From positions 180,545 through 244,544 of the forward strand of contig MU057416.1 in NCBI GenBank assembly GCA_013265495.1: a DNA stretch of 64,000 nucleotides. Direction: 5' to 3'. Position numbers and translations under genes: made by a program. Positions within the stretch are counted from its first letter, which is position 1, and every line of letters begins with the position of its first letter. The notes beneath the pieces were generated by a model. The model searched no databases, had not been told where the DNA came from, and worked only from the letters and a program-made list of their open reading frames with translations. The DNA is from Vicugna vicugna. Lineage: Eukaryota. This document shows, piece after piece, positions 26,456-39,584 of this stretch.

Positions 26456-29017
26456 AGGCAACCTTACTCTTAAAGTCCAGCTTTATCTGACCGGCGGCTG
26501 CGTGCCTGGATCTGAAACGGGTGGGCTCACTTCTGCTCTCCCTGCTGATGTCCCATAAGCATGTCCAGAGCTCTGCCGATGATCAGAATACCATTCCTGC
26601 CTCAGAACTGAGGGCTGTGCCTCAAACTCAAGGCTGTGGGTGCTCTGTGAGATTAAAACTGCGCCTTAACGTGAAAAAGGCAGTAGAAGACTCGGCTGTC
26701 GTGGGAAACAGACCCGCAAAGAGCAGTTTTACTTGGGCCCCCCCGTGTCCTCTCTCCAGTGTTACTGAGGGGCTTGCAGTTGTTGTTTTGTGCTTTTTAA
26801 ATAACTTGATTCAGTCGAACCAGCCTCAGTGCAGCGCATGGAGCCTGGCGGGCTGTGTGGACACCCAGGCCGGCCCCGGCCACCGAGCTCTCAGGCAGAG
26901 AGAAGCCGTGCTCCGAGGGTCTGAAAGGGCGATGATCTTAGCACCGCTTTAAAAGCCTATGGTGTTCTTTTGCCTTTGGGGAGTGTCTCCGCCAGTCAGT
27001 GAGGAGGGACAGTGAACTGAGCGTGAGGCTGACAAGAGGCTGTGTCTTCTTCCGTCCAGCTGTGACAATCTTTTTTTGGTGCATGTGTCAAACTTAACAT
27101 CTGTGCGGTCAGTGAGGGGTTCTGGGGTAGTTTTCTAGGTGATGGCCTGATGTCTGGGACCCAGACGACACGGCCCTGGTGTCCGAGCGCCTTTGGGACG
27201 GGCAGCCTGGGACTCAGAGCCCGTGGGGCCCAGCCGTGTCCACTGCTGCTACAGAGATAGAATCATGGGTGAGAGGTGATTGGGAAGTCATGTGTGTTTG
27301 AGGGCTGGTATCTTTGCTGTCACTTATAAGCCTTGATCTCGATAAGATGTTTTTAAAGCCCTCCACGCGGTGAGGGGAGTGCACAAGGAATGCATAAAAC
27401 ACAGCACTGCCTGTGCTAAGAGCATCCAAGCCAAGGGCACACGGAATACCGCATTCTGCCTGTGAACTCTGGACTCTCAAATTTCTTGCCCAGCACAAGT
27501 GGCATTAACCATAGGAAAAATCATGCGGAAATTCAGAATTCAAGACAGTAAGCAGGTACAGATTTTTACCTACCTCATAATTAAAAACAAAATGAGATCT
27601 GGCGGGCCAAGTAAATGAATACATGGCTCAGCCCCAAGAGCCTCTTAGAAGAGCTCTAACTACCACTGGGTCCCTGGTGCCCATTGCAAAAGGGTCACCA
27701 TCGATGGCCACCAGGAGGAAAAGGCAGAGGGATGGATGGTGTTGACTGGAATGAATGTTTATTTGACACCACCTGTGTGCCTGCTGTCTGTTTCGAGAAG
27801 CCCTGTGCCACCACTACGTCTCATCGTCCCATTCACTCACACACACACTGGGTGTGTGATTCTGTCTCTGCACAAGGAGAACGAAGCCCACAGGCATTCT
27901 TTAACCTGCACCAGGTCCTGACGGGCTGAGCTAGGATTCAAAGCCAGGCCAGCTGAGCCCAAAGGAAAGCCCAGGTCGTTCTGGGCATTGTTTTGCATTC
28001 TGTTCTCCATCGCAGGCCATAAATATCGATGTATATGAAAATTCAAAAGCACATGAAAATGGCAAGAGGAACCACAATACCGTCTTGTGAAATGAGGAAT
28101 TACACATCCCATATCTTACAGGGAGTTTCAAAATCACATTGCTCAAAGTTGTGTCACTGAGGGAACGCGTGCGGGAGCTCGACTAGGACCAAAACCCGAG
28201 GTATTTATTATTTACCTTCCGTAGACGAGCCTTTGCTGCGGAAATGCGAGGGGTGCCGGTTTCACCGGCGCCTGTAGGAGACACACAGAGAGTTAAGAAG
28301 TCCAGTGCCCAGAGGTGGTCGCTGCGATGGTGGTGACAAAAGAAGTGATTAGGACCATTTTTGATTTCCTAAGTGAGGAAGTGCTCAGCGCTTACTCAAG
28401 GGCTGAGCGCTTAACTAAGAGCTTCACAGCCAGTATCTTATCGAACAGGCATAGAGCCTGATGAGTAGATATTACAGATTAACTGAAGAAGGACTGCTGT
28501 TCAGAGAGGGTATGTCACCTGTCCAAGGTCACACTCCCTTGAGCTGTTTTCACAGTCTGTGAGCTAACTGGACCAGTCTGCATAAAAAGATAACTAATTA
28601 AAGTCAGTTTATGACCAACATCCCCATGAGTGCGACACAATTATTATTCTAAAAGTCAGAAGACCTCAGTGGCCTGGGGAGCCCAGGAAATTGCTATGAA
28701 GTTGGAATTTGAACCAAGTCTGGAGGATGGCTCCAGGGTTGTTAAAAGAAGGAAAGATACTGCAGGCTAGGGTCAGGTTAAACTGACAGGGAGAAAGGCG
28801 CCAAGTGCTTAAATCCTGCTGGGTTGCCATAAATTGCATTTGAGCTGAGTGTGAAACGAGTGATTTCAGTTAAGCACATTGATACTTTTATCGGGAAGGC
28901 AAGTCAGAGCTGGACTGGGAAGGGTTTTCAGTAATAATAGTAAAGATTTTAGAATCTGCTACTAAAATAATTGAATGAGAACAGCGCATGTCAGCACCTT
29001 CTAAGAGTGGACTCGTG

Positions 29018-29088
29018 GGGTGGCAGAGCGCGTGCTGAGCATGCGTGAGGTCTTGAGTTCAACCCCCAGGACCTCCATTGAGAAAAAG
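29018..29088 (+). mobile_element. Vic-1-like SINE fragment
   Basis: GTGGCAGAGCGCGTGCTGAGCATGCGTGAGGTCTTGAGTTCAACCCCCAGGACCTCCATT. Confidence 0.8.
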
Positions 29089-30339
29089 AAGGTGGACGCA
29101 GTGGCTGTATCCGGCATGCGTGTGGGGGGTGGGGCAGTCACAGTTCAGAACTGAGTACAAAGGCTGGAGAATGAGGACAGGATGGGTGCTTGGACCAGGG
29201 AGGAGGCGGGGGAAGGGAAAGGAGCCCAGAGCCCAGAGAGGAGGTGTTCTCGGACCGTGGACTCAAAGTGCAAAGATCACGTCAAGTGAATGTGGAGTCC
29301 TCCACTCCCAGAAGGTGGCCTTGTTCAGTTGGTGAAAAACGCAGGTGCTTTGGGGTCTGGCAAACTTGACTGAGTTTTGGCAGTTACTCACTCACTCTGT
29401 ATTGGAGCAATTTGTTTCAACGTCACGTCTCTTTCTTTCCTTGTTTATAAAACAAGAGTAACACCGCTGATCACGCAGAGGTAGGACGAGGGGAGCAGGC
29501 ATTCAAAAACCTGTTCCTTTTTCACTCAAGACAGAGGAAAACCTTCCTGACAGAAAAAGGCATGAAAAACTCACCCAATATGAACCTTTCTGTAAAAGTC
29601 AAATAAAAATGGTCTCCTGACCTTTTCCAGGACGGGTGATTTCTGGATGTTCATACACTAGGTTAGTATTTTCTATGCCCTGAAACTATTACTTTTAGCA
29701 ACGACCTAGACAGTCGGTAGAAATACTCAGCGTGGAAAATTGTTGATTGAAGAGTGTCAGGTGACGTGGAAAGGCAGCGAGCCCCTCCGTACGCTTCTGC
29801 TTCTCCGGCGTGACCTTTCACAAGACTCCAAGTGTGACACTAAGGAAGTCACCTCCCTCCTCCAGCTCGGGACAGTAGGGTTGATGTGGTATGTTGTGGG
29901 GGGAGGAACAGCTGTACGAGATGGTGAAGGGTTCTGCACTTTTCAAAATAGCCTCGCCTCCACTCTGCTTGGCCATTTCATCGTCTTGAGGTGAGAGGAG
30001 TGCGCATTCTATTTACAAACAGGGCGGCTGCCTCACTGGCCTCTAGGCCATCTCTCTTCTACTGGCAATCTCTTTTCTCCAAGTTGCACCACGTAATTAA
30101 TGAATCAGATTTCATCACGGGCCTGGGAGGGGGTGACTTTTTATGTTACTGGAGATAAGATTGGATCGAGCTCTTTTTTGCACATTAAAATGTCATTGGC
30201 AAACGCTTTTCCAAACGAAGTGCTTCCAAGGGAAACGAGTCCTCTTCCTCGTCCTCAGCGTTTTGGAACCACCTCTTCATTGAAACAAAAGCACAGCAAC
30301 CTGCATCCAGCTTCGCAGCAGCTCCTGGCCTTATCAGCC

Positions 30340-30640
30340 AGCCCCACCGTCGGCTGGAGACGCTGTGGTTTCTCCCCGACGTGGGGCGGAGGATGCCGGC
30401 GCCATGGTGACGCGCTGCACCATTTGCAGAGGCCCGCTCCCTAACCGCACAGGCTACACCTCTTCCTTTCCTATAAAGGCTCAGAACCAGAAAAACAGAA
30501 GTGCAGCGAAGGGGAGAAACCGCAGGCGCAGAAGCGCCGCTGCCGCTGCTCTGGCCATGCGAGGAGCCGTCGGGGGCAAGAGCCGCTGAAACCTCGTCTA
30601 TCTGAGCGGGAAGCTGCTCCCGTTAGGCCCCGCTCCTTTA
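30340..30640. promoter_or_regulatory. Small CpG-rich candidate enhancer or internal promoter
   Basis: RUNX sites TGTGGTT (30364) and AACCGCA (30443, 30518), GC box GGGGCGGA (30383), TATAAA (30472); locally CpG-rich. Confidence 0.4.
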
Positions 30641-30726
30641 ATGATTCTGAAAGTCAATCAAGTGTTTCTGTTGGGAGCTTTCAGCACCAGGAAATGAGAA
30701 GTTAGTAGTGCGTTTATCAGCCTTTG

Positions 30727-30999
30727 CTTTTTTTTCTTTCTTTTTAACTGGAGTCTAGTCGGTTGGCAATGTTGTGTTAGTTTCTGGTGCACAGCCTGGT
30801 GATTCAGGTGTCCATACATACTCCTTTTCGTGTTCGTTTTCATTATAAGCTGTTTGATTGCAAGGTACTGACTGCAGTTCCCTGTGCTGTGCAGGAGGAC
30901 CTTGCTGTTTATATGTTTAGTACACAGCAGTAGTGCCTGCAAATCCCCAGCTCCCCATTTATCCCTCCGTCACCCCGTCGTCCCCCACCCCCCGCCCCA
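30727..30999 (-). mobile_element. L1 3' end with TSD
   Basis: Antisense L1 3' UTR; AGC(C/G)TTTGCTTTT on both flanks (30719, 31000). Confidence 0.85.
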
Positions 31000-31379
31000 G
31001 CGTTTGCTTTTACTTCCCTGCACTCCTGGGGCCTCAGCAGACCCTCGGACCCTTCTGTGAGACGGGAAACCAGTTGTTGGGCAGACTCCTCACTGCAACC
31101 TAGTGTTGATCTGCGTTTTCCTTGTTATCTTGTATTTAGGTCACCAAAAAAAATGGCGTAATTTAAATTTCGTTTAAAAAATGTGGATGGTGCCGTAACT
31201 CATTGAACGCATCGCTGGATCCATGCACGCCCCCCCATAGGTTTGGTCCCGCGCAAGCTCTTTGTTCCGTTGTTTCGTTTTGAAGCATGGGCACAATCAG
31301 AGCAAGCCCTTTTCCGGCATGTTCTCTTTTTCCTTCTTTGAAGATTTGGGTGAAAACACTGAAGGCTAAGTTCAGTTCA

Positions 31380-31417
31380 NNNNNNNNNNNNNNNNNNNNN
31401 NNNNNNNNNNNNNNNNN
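31380..31417. other. Assembly gap (38 N)
   Basis: Run of N next to a C-rich tract. Confidence 1.
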
Positions 31418-31639
31418 CCCCTCACCCCACCCCCACCCCCGCCTTTCAAAACAGTAAGAATCTACCTCTTTTATAGCCATTGTTCAGCTATTTGCACTCT
31501 GTAAAACTTAATTTCGATGCGTGACTTACTCCGAATCCCACTTTGATGGTTCACACTCGACATGTTACTCATCTTGGATCTCTTTAGTGCAGCTACTGGA
31601 TTTAGAATTTAGCATGTTCCCCTTGTGGGAGTGTCTAGC

Positions 31640-31880
31640 TGAATAAGCTTGGACCTTTTTGGAGTCAGACGGATCTGCATTCAAAACCAAACTCTTTCTG
31701 CTCTGAGCTCTTTAGCCTTCATCTATTTATTAATAAATAGATGAATATCTTTATTAGATAGAGCCTTCATCTGTAAAAAGAGGACCATGCTATCTGCTTT
31801 GTGGGGTTTCTGATTGGATAAATGCGTGCCCTTGTTTACCATAGCACCGCCCACCCAGTAGTTGGTTAACAAACAGCAAA
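31640..31880 (+). mobile_element. MIR SINE carrying a palindromic insertion
   Basis: TGGAGTCAGACGGATCTGCATTCAAA…CTTCATCTGTAAAAAGAGGA…; 28-bp palindrome at 31718-31745. Confidence 0.65.
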
Positions 31881-33159
31881 AACTACTAACAGTACCGAAG
31901 ACACTGATAAAACAATGTCACCACCTGGGCAAGCGTCCTTTGGTGACTCTTCGTTTCTTTGATTATGCTCGTGCCCCACCCTGGAGGAAGTGAAGAGGTA
32001 TGAAAACATATGCTTCCCAAAGATTAATATAATATAATACAGTTTTTGCTATCCTGAGTATATTTTATAAATTTGGTATTTATCCCTGGATTTTTATAAA
32101 GGAAAATGGACATTTTCTTAAGAAATAAAGACACACTTAATACAAAAGTAAACCTATTCGGAGAAATGTTTTTAACGAGGCCACGCATGAGGAAGTGTTT
32201 TCACCAATCACCCTTAGCTCTTGCTTCTCACCGCCAGAACCATCAGAGCTGTAAGACGATTCCACTGCCCCAGCCACCTCTCACCTCAGATCCACTCGGT
32301 AGAATTTGCAGGGGTGAAGCCCAGGATTTTTAATCTGATTTCATCTCTATGTTTAATATATACGTACAGTTGCACATCACAGGCTGGGATCTCAGGACAC
32401 TGAGGTCCCCTGGTCCTCATGTCCACGACAGTGTCTACAAAATACCCACGGAAGAAACAGGTTTGTGGCAAATGCTTTGGGGGAGATTCTGGGTTGAGCA
32501 GAGCTGCATGCATTTCTCTGCCTCTACTGCATTAACACACTGTATAAATCTCTCCGAGGGTCACGTAGCAAGATGCACTTCTGAGAAAGAGTTTGGCTGT
32601 GGGCCATTTTAAGACATGCGAATCTGAATCAAGGATCTCAGGCTGGCTGTCATCACACAGGAAGTAACAATCTTGTTTTCCCCCCTGTGATTTATAGATA
32701 AGTATTTTAAGATAGAAAGTAAGGCAAAGTGACTAATCGTTTATAGATGGTCATCTTGTGTGTATTAATTTTTTCTTGGTATTTGTTTAGTTAATTGAAA
32801 TGGCAGAAATTGATAACATGATGCTTTAAGCCGAATATAAAAGACATACAAATGCACGCCTGCTTTCAGGGGTGAGTGCACACTTGCGTGCACCTACAGA
32901 CAAGCAGGAATGTTTGTGTCGTTGCACGTGACGGCTGCTGCGAGACAGCTGGGTGTGATTGCTGCATTTAAAAAATTATGAATTTAAAATTTTATGTCTC
33001 CTCCCAGGGGCCTGTGTATTTGCCCTGTTTATTGTCAGCTCAGCTTTGCAGACTGATACGTTTCCTTTTTACTTGTGTTTTTATTCACATGTGTGTGTAT
33101 GTGAGCTGAATGTTTAAACAGTTCTGTAAGGTCTACAGTAAGTACAATTGGTCCTTGCC

Positions 33160-33410
33160 CCCATCCTCCTCCCCCCGTTCTCCCCCATCCTCCTCCCATC
33201 CTCCTCCCCATCCTCCTCCCATCCTCCTCCCCATCCTCCTCCTCATCCTCCTCCCCATCCTCCCCATCCTCCTCCCCATCCTCCTCCCCCGTCCTCCCCA
33301 TCCNNNNNNNNNNNNNNNNNNNNNNNNNNNNNNNNNNNNNNNNNNCCATCCTCTCCATCCTCCCCATCCTCCCCCCATTCTCTTCCCCATCCTCCTCGCC
33401 ATCCTCCATT
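33160..33410 (+). repeat. (CCATCCTCCTCC)n-like pyrimidine-rich low-complexity repeat containing an assembly gap
   Basis: Tandem CCCATCCTCCT units; N run at 33304-33345. Confidence 0.95.
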
Positions 33411-35073
33411 TTCCCAGAAGCCAAAGCAAACACTAGGCGATTTCAGCACCTTTAAATGGTATTTTCTGCTGTCCTGCTGTTTCTTTTTTCTTTTTTTTTC
33501 AAAAATTGTAGCCAGCATCTATTGACTTCCTTGCTTGATTTTGGAATATTGTTTTTATCTCCCCTTGTTTTGCCCACAGATGCAATGTTGTCTCATTTCT
33601 GAGAAGATGAATTGCAGTTGGTTTCAGGGTCTTGTACTGTCTTGTTTCTCTCAGGTCTCCCTTCTGTTTCTCTTGGTCTCTGTCCTTAAAGGCTTCTGTC
33701 TGTGTTTCTTGGATGACCACTGCATTTAAGAGTGAGGCCGCCAAAAAGTCTGTTGAAATTCTGTGTAATTGGTGGAACGTGTACATTACGGCTGTAACTA
33801 AATTGCATGAAGTCAGAAAGGCATTTAAACTTACTGGGCCTTAGTTTCCTTATCTATCAAAGGAGCTACATGTCAATGATACTAAAATCTTAGGTTTCTA
33901 TACCCACTGAGATGTCTAAAATTATTTTCTGGTTTGTTTGTGGGATTTTGGGCGCTGATAACAATAGACCCAATGCTTTAGCACAAAGTCTGCATAAATA
34001 ATAAGAAAACGAGCCGTGGACAGTCTTCTGTCCATCTGCTGCTTCCTAAGTGTGTCTGCGAATGATTGTCTCAGTTTCATTTCCTGTGAAATAGGAAAAA
34101 TAATTGCCAACTCATCAGCTTTCTGGGATATTTAAGGGCAAAAACATGCAAAGCGGTCTGCATACTGTCTGATACACACTGTTTTGGTAAACTGTTCCTG
34201 CGATTATTGTATTTACTGATGGAGTGAAGGAAGACTGTCCTGTGGTCTCTGAAATCCAGATAATGCCTCACTTGTCACTTGCATGGAGAGCTTACTCCAG
34301 AGACGCTTATTAATTTGTTGTGACTCCTTGGGTTTGCTGTCTGTGAACTCTATATTAGATTTACAGAATAAGTAAAAGTGCAATCCTTTCATTTTTATTT
34401 TTCTGCTTTACTATTATTATATACCTTAGTGAGCAAGGAAAACAGTACATATCCGTTTTTGTGGACTCTTATTTTTGTCCTGATTTGCTTTTTTCCATTT
34501 TTGGGTGGCCTTTGTATCTATGGAGGTCAGGTTTGCATTCTCAACTTTTAAAACATGCCATCATTCATTTTAGGCTGGACGCTGAAAATAAGCATGTCGT
34601 CTCTTCTGTGTCACCCTTCTGTCTTTGTATTTTTCTCAGATTTACTGAACTAGACAGGTTTAAATCCCTTTGGAAATGGCATTCCATTCTTTTTGCAGAG
34701 GTAGGGGAGGGGTGGGGGGGAAGAGGGGAGAGGGGTGGTGGTAATGGTTGCTATGTAAAGCCCGAGTACGTCTTTTGAAATGTCATTTTCATTCCATTAA
34801 TTCCTCAGTTTTTTGCTGAAATCTCTGATGGGGGACTTAGGGGTGTGACTTCAAGGTAACTTTGATTTGCCATCACTTAAACATTTTGAGTTGTAAAAGA
34901 AACATATTGGGAAAGGTAAATTCAGTAGCAATACATGTGTTAGAATAACACAGCTTTGAAGATCAAGTGGTCTGTTATCTACATTTTCCTCTGTTTCTTG
35001 TACCTCGTCAGTTCCATGGGTGAGTCACAGGCACAGGTTTAAAGCACAAATGATCTACAGATTTCTGGTGCTA

Positions 35074-35091
35074 TGGCGCCACCTACTGGGA
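35074..35091 (-). promoter_or_regulatory. CTCF motif
   Basis: Minus strand TCCCAGTAGGTGGCGCCA, a near-consensus CTCF core. Confidence 0.65.
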
Positions 35092-36192
35092 TATTTCTAA
35101 ATATTCCTTTGTCCAAATGATGAAAACAGGCACTTACGAAGGAAAAAAAAGGTGTAGAAAATGTTGCCCCCGGAAGAGTACAAGTCAAAGGGTAACACAC
35201 AGAAGCCGCAGGTGCACGACGGCGCTCAGCTTTATTGTGCTCGCCTGGCCAGACGTGGGCGCAGAGCTTAAGGGCACACTCGGCGCAGCTCAGGCTTAGA
35301 GAAACGCGGTGTTTGATGCTGCTTTTCTTTCATTGTCACATCCGAAGTACGTGCCCTCTTAATTCTTACTGTTTCACATATTTTTCTTTCCCTGCGTTCC
35401 ACAACCTCCCAGCATTATTCACAGATAATGTTTACGTACGTTGTAACGTTATTTATATGGACACAGCCTCCTAATGTTAAGCGGGCATTTATTATGCACT
35501 GGTTATTGAATGCTTTAGGCAGATGTTTCATTAGCTTTGGGTTCATGTGACTCCACTAACTGTAAATGGTTGCTTTCAAGTGATGCACGAACTAGGGTAT
35601 AAATAGCACGGGGCTGTCACCTATTCCAGACAGCGGAGGTGACCTGGTTGGCCAGGCAGATCACTCCGGGGCCAAACCCAGCAGCCAAATGGGTAGATCG
35701 TGACACAACTAAACGACTCCTACAAGCATTCTTACCAGGCCTTGTTCAGCGCTGGTCCCTCCTGCTGTGGTTTTGCTCATGTTCTGATGATGTCCGGTTC
35801 GTGAAATGCAACAGGCACTTGAAATCACTGCTCAGAGAACTGAGGGAGAGTTACAAAATGGGGTGAGATGTTGACACCTTGTGCAGACGGCTGCTACTGC
35901 GGCCCCCTCTGAGGATGCACATAACTTCGCCTACCCGCTGCCTTTCCTCGTGGGGGAGCCAGGCTCTGCGGGAATGCTTGCTGGTGTCCCGCTGATGTTT
36001 CTGTAAAAGTCGTTGGATCATTTTTGGGGGGAGGGGGAAAAATGTCCTTTAGATATTACCTGTGTGTTACAGAGACGGTGTATCTGCCTATAGGGGTTCT
36101 GTGACCGTGAAACAAGTCATTTTAATCGCATCCCAAGTCTCAACTGTGATGCCGAGGGCTCAGAGTTGTCTTTCAAAATGACAGGAGGCTGG

Positions 36193-36269
36193 TGTCTCTG
36201 CGTGTGTCTGTGTCTGTGTGTCTGTATGTGTCTGTGTGTCTGTGTGTGTCTGCGTGTGTCTGTGTGTGT
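36193..36269. repeat. (TGTGTC)n/(TG)n compound microsatellite
   Basis: Tandem TGTGTCTG units. Confidence 0.9.
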
Positions 36270-38571
36270 AGTCCTCTACAAAGAAGGTGAAATAAAGCGT
36301 GAGGAACGCTATTGTGTTTTACTATCACTCGGTGGAAGAATTTAGGATCAGATTCTGAGATAGACTGGTAGAAAAAAATGCATATTCAACTCGAGGATCC
36401 TTTGTGGGAAGCCAGCACGAAGGCAGAAGAACGGGGAGAGTGATCGGTTTTTAGATACTACGCTGTTTTCCATGGATGCTGGATTTTCTTGTATTGAGGA
36501 TTAAAGGGTTCGGGGGAAATGTTGGCTGTGAGGGCATTATCAGATCAGGAATACGTAGATGGCAGCACAGATAGGTATGTAGTTACACGGAAGAGGTATT
36601 ACTCTGTTCCAAGCTCCGGAAGCCACTTCACAGCTAAACAAGAGGTGTGTGGGGAGCTGCAATACATTGTTGGACGTTACCGTTGTTTGGTTGACTTTCC
36701 TGGTGAAATAACATCCTGCAGTAGATGGACACACTGCCGCATTTTCTCTGTTTGTCTGTGACATACACAGAGCATTCACTCAGCACACTGCATTTAATCT
36801 GAAAGTCTGTGTTCAGTGTAAAGTTCACTTTAGCAGGTGTAGCACGACTGATCACTTGCTCTGCTTTTTTGTTTTTACTTAGCTTATGAGCTGTTAACAA
36901 ACACCAGTCTCTATGGAACCTGTAGCACTGGCTAGAATAATGTCCTTGCTGAAAGGTCGGATGTGAGGAAAAGCTTACAGGACGAGTTGAAGGTGGAGAG
37001 CCGGTCCTGTGGAGTCAGATGGACTCAGGCCAAGTCCGGGCTCGCATGGACCAGCCCCGAGAACTTAGCCACGGCCCCTGCCGTCTCTGAGCTTCTGGGA
37101 GCCACTGTGATGCTTAGGAAAGAAAATGCAAGCAGAGGGCTTAGCGTAGTGCCTGGCACCCAGGAAACAATGAATATTAGTGGTTAGTAACAATAAAATA
37201 CTGTTAGGATAATATATTCTAGAATAATAATAAAATATTATTAAAATAAAATATTATTTCTTGAAACATTCTTAAAAAAGATAAATCTCTACAAACTTTC
37301 ATCTTCGTTTTGGTAACTGAGTTTGCTGTCCTTTTCAAAACATAGATTAAAACGCTACACATCATCGCTTTCCTTTAAAAACATGCATTGCTTTCGAACC
37401 GATTGGAATTAAATGAATATCTCCGGAGCTCTTAACATGTACGTGGCCTGATAAATGGGTCAGAAACATTTCTGTCGTATTGACTCTAGGATTCATAGCG
37501 CTTAAGTGAGAAAAGAAACAGCTTCCTTATCAGCCCCCCATCGTGTTTCTCATGTCCCCAATAAATAGGTGACAAATTATAATTCCTTTTTATAAAATGC
37601 TCCGTGTCCTTTGTACTACATATATCAGTGGCCACAGATGAGCGGGTGGGAGCAGTAGACTGTCCGATCTGTGGAATCAGCGATGGAGCTAGCACAGGCA
37701 CTGCTAAGATTCCTCTTTTCTCTGTCATCAGATCTATGTTTTGATTTCTCCTCCATATTAATTGATTCCGTCATGCAGGAAAAAAAATACCCAGCCTCTG
37801 TATCAGAGTTTCTAACACTTGCTCTTGGCGTGTCTCCCCAGGCTGTTGTTTTCAGGTCTGCTGGATTTCTCCCTTGCGTTTGCTCATGCTCCGTATCATC
37901 CAACAGTGACTTATCGACCACCTATTATGTGCAAGTCTCTTTGTTATGTAACCAAGGCTACTTGGTTCCTCCTCCCCGCCTCCTCGTCTTATTGTATGAT
38001 TCTTGCTGATCTCAGATGGAAGGAATTTTAGTTTTTAGTCATAGTCAGGTGCATGGATAACCTAAGTGTCTCTGCAGACCGCTGGAGGCTACGGCCGTCT
38101 CCACCTCTCTCTGTTCATCTATATGTCTTACGGATTATGAGCTTTTCAGGGCAAAGGAAACCTTCATCATGCTTGAAATGAGCCACTAACAGCGTGCCAG
38201 CAAAACCATAAATCTGCCTTGGACCTAACTGAATCAAATTAACTCATCTGAAGCTCCAAGGATTTAAGTGTCTCTATTGAGAAGGAGCACGTCAAACAGG
38301 TTTAGATGTTTAAAAGCTTCTCTGTTTCCCAGATACAGAGGAGACAGGTATTACATGAAGTGTGTTCACACATGCAGACCAACTTGAACATTTTGAACGC
38401 GGCGATACGGGAAATTCCTTCCAAGCCGTTACCATGATGGCTCTTCTTCCTTTTGCTTAAAACATGAGCGATGTTAGGTACTGCTACACCGATATCATTT
38501 CCCTTATTCCTTCTTTTGCAAATCACAACTCTAAGAACCTAATTTAGAGGAAATAAGAATAAACGAGAGGA

Positions 38572-38724
38572 GGGGCAGAGAACAGCTCAAGTGGTAGAGC
38601 GTGTGCTCAGCACACACGAGGTCCTGGGTTCAGCCCCCAGCACCTCCTCTAAAAGTAAACAGATCAACCTAATTACCACCCCCCAAACCAACTGAAAAAG
38701 AGAGACTACATAAAATTTTAAAAA
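38572..38724 (+). mobile_element. Vic-1-like SINE with TSD
   Basis: Full head AGCTCAAGTGGTAGAGCGTGTGCTCAGCA…GAGGTCCTGGGTTCAG. Flanking AAA(C/T)GAGAGGAG duplication at 38561 and 38723. Confidence 0.9.
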
Positions 38725-39557
38725 ATGAGAGGAGAAGGAAGATTATTAATGGGAAGATAAAAATGAAAAGAAAGTTATTTTATATCAGGTAGAAGGGTAA
38801 ACGCTGAGTAAACAGGGCAAGGATGCAGATGCAAATAATGTAAACTTAAAACAATACTTAAGTATGAATGATTCAGGAAAAGTAGACAATTATAGTGAGA
38901 GAATAAGAATATGGTCTATGTATTTTAAACTATGTCTTGTAATAATTATGCACATTTGTATATTGTATATTTCGTATATGTGCGTATAATAAAAAGAAAC
39001 ATTTTATTTCGTGGAACAAACCAGGGGGGTGTAATTGAAGAATACAGGATCATGCACCTCTGATGGCGCTTCTGGGGGAGAAAGTTTTTTCCCATCAGTG
39101 TGTCCTCAGAGCATGGAATCCCAAGGCAGGCAGGTGTCTTAAACACGAGAGGGTCCGACCTATCCAGTCAATCAGTAATCATTATCTCAATAAATGAATG
39201 CACTTGGGAAAACCTTTTGAGAAGTCTTTTCAAAGTCTTTTGCGGACAAGAAATTAATTCCAGTAGCTCTCCTTTATTCTATTATGTTTCTAAATTTTAC
39301 CTGAGATTTCAAAACCTAACAGCATAGTTTTGACATACCTGGGCTTTGTAAACGTGATAGCAATAGGAGGAATATGGTTTCATTGGGGTAAAAGGTACTG
39401 AAAGTTGCCACTTTGTAAATGTGAACTAACAGAGGTGTATATATATACATACACACACACACGCATGTATATGCATGTATATACCTAAATCTAACTTACA
39501 TTTACACATGTGTGTATGAAGTTTGAATCTAAGAGATGCCTTTTTTTTTTTTTACAG

Positions 39558-39584
39558 GACAAGTTGTGGATACTGCAACTAACG
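39558..39584 (+). CDS. PTPRC: PTPRC exon 3 (27 nt), (G)QVVDTATN, mature N-terminus
   Basis: Long poly-T tract + ACAG acceptor, donor G|GTAGGA. 27 nt, phase 1-1, same size and position as human exon 3 (GQSPTPSPT). Confidence 0.85.

Noticed and set aside
33035..33525. Poly-Pro/His, Glu-Asp-Gly and Arg-Met-Gly ORFs
   Set aside because: Translations of a simple repeat spanning an N gap.
35595..35610. TATAAATAG as a TATA/MEF2 element
   Set aside because: Isolated short motif with no supporting context; expected by chance in 64 kb.
1..39557. PTPRC exons 1-2 (promoter and signal peptide MYLWLKLLAFGFA…)
   Set aside because: No matching sequence found by eye. Intron 2 is about 50 kb in human, so these exons should lie upstream of the window.
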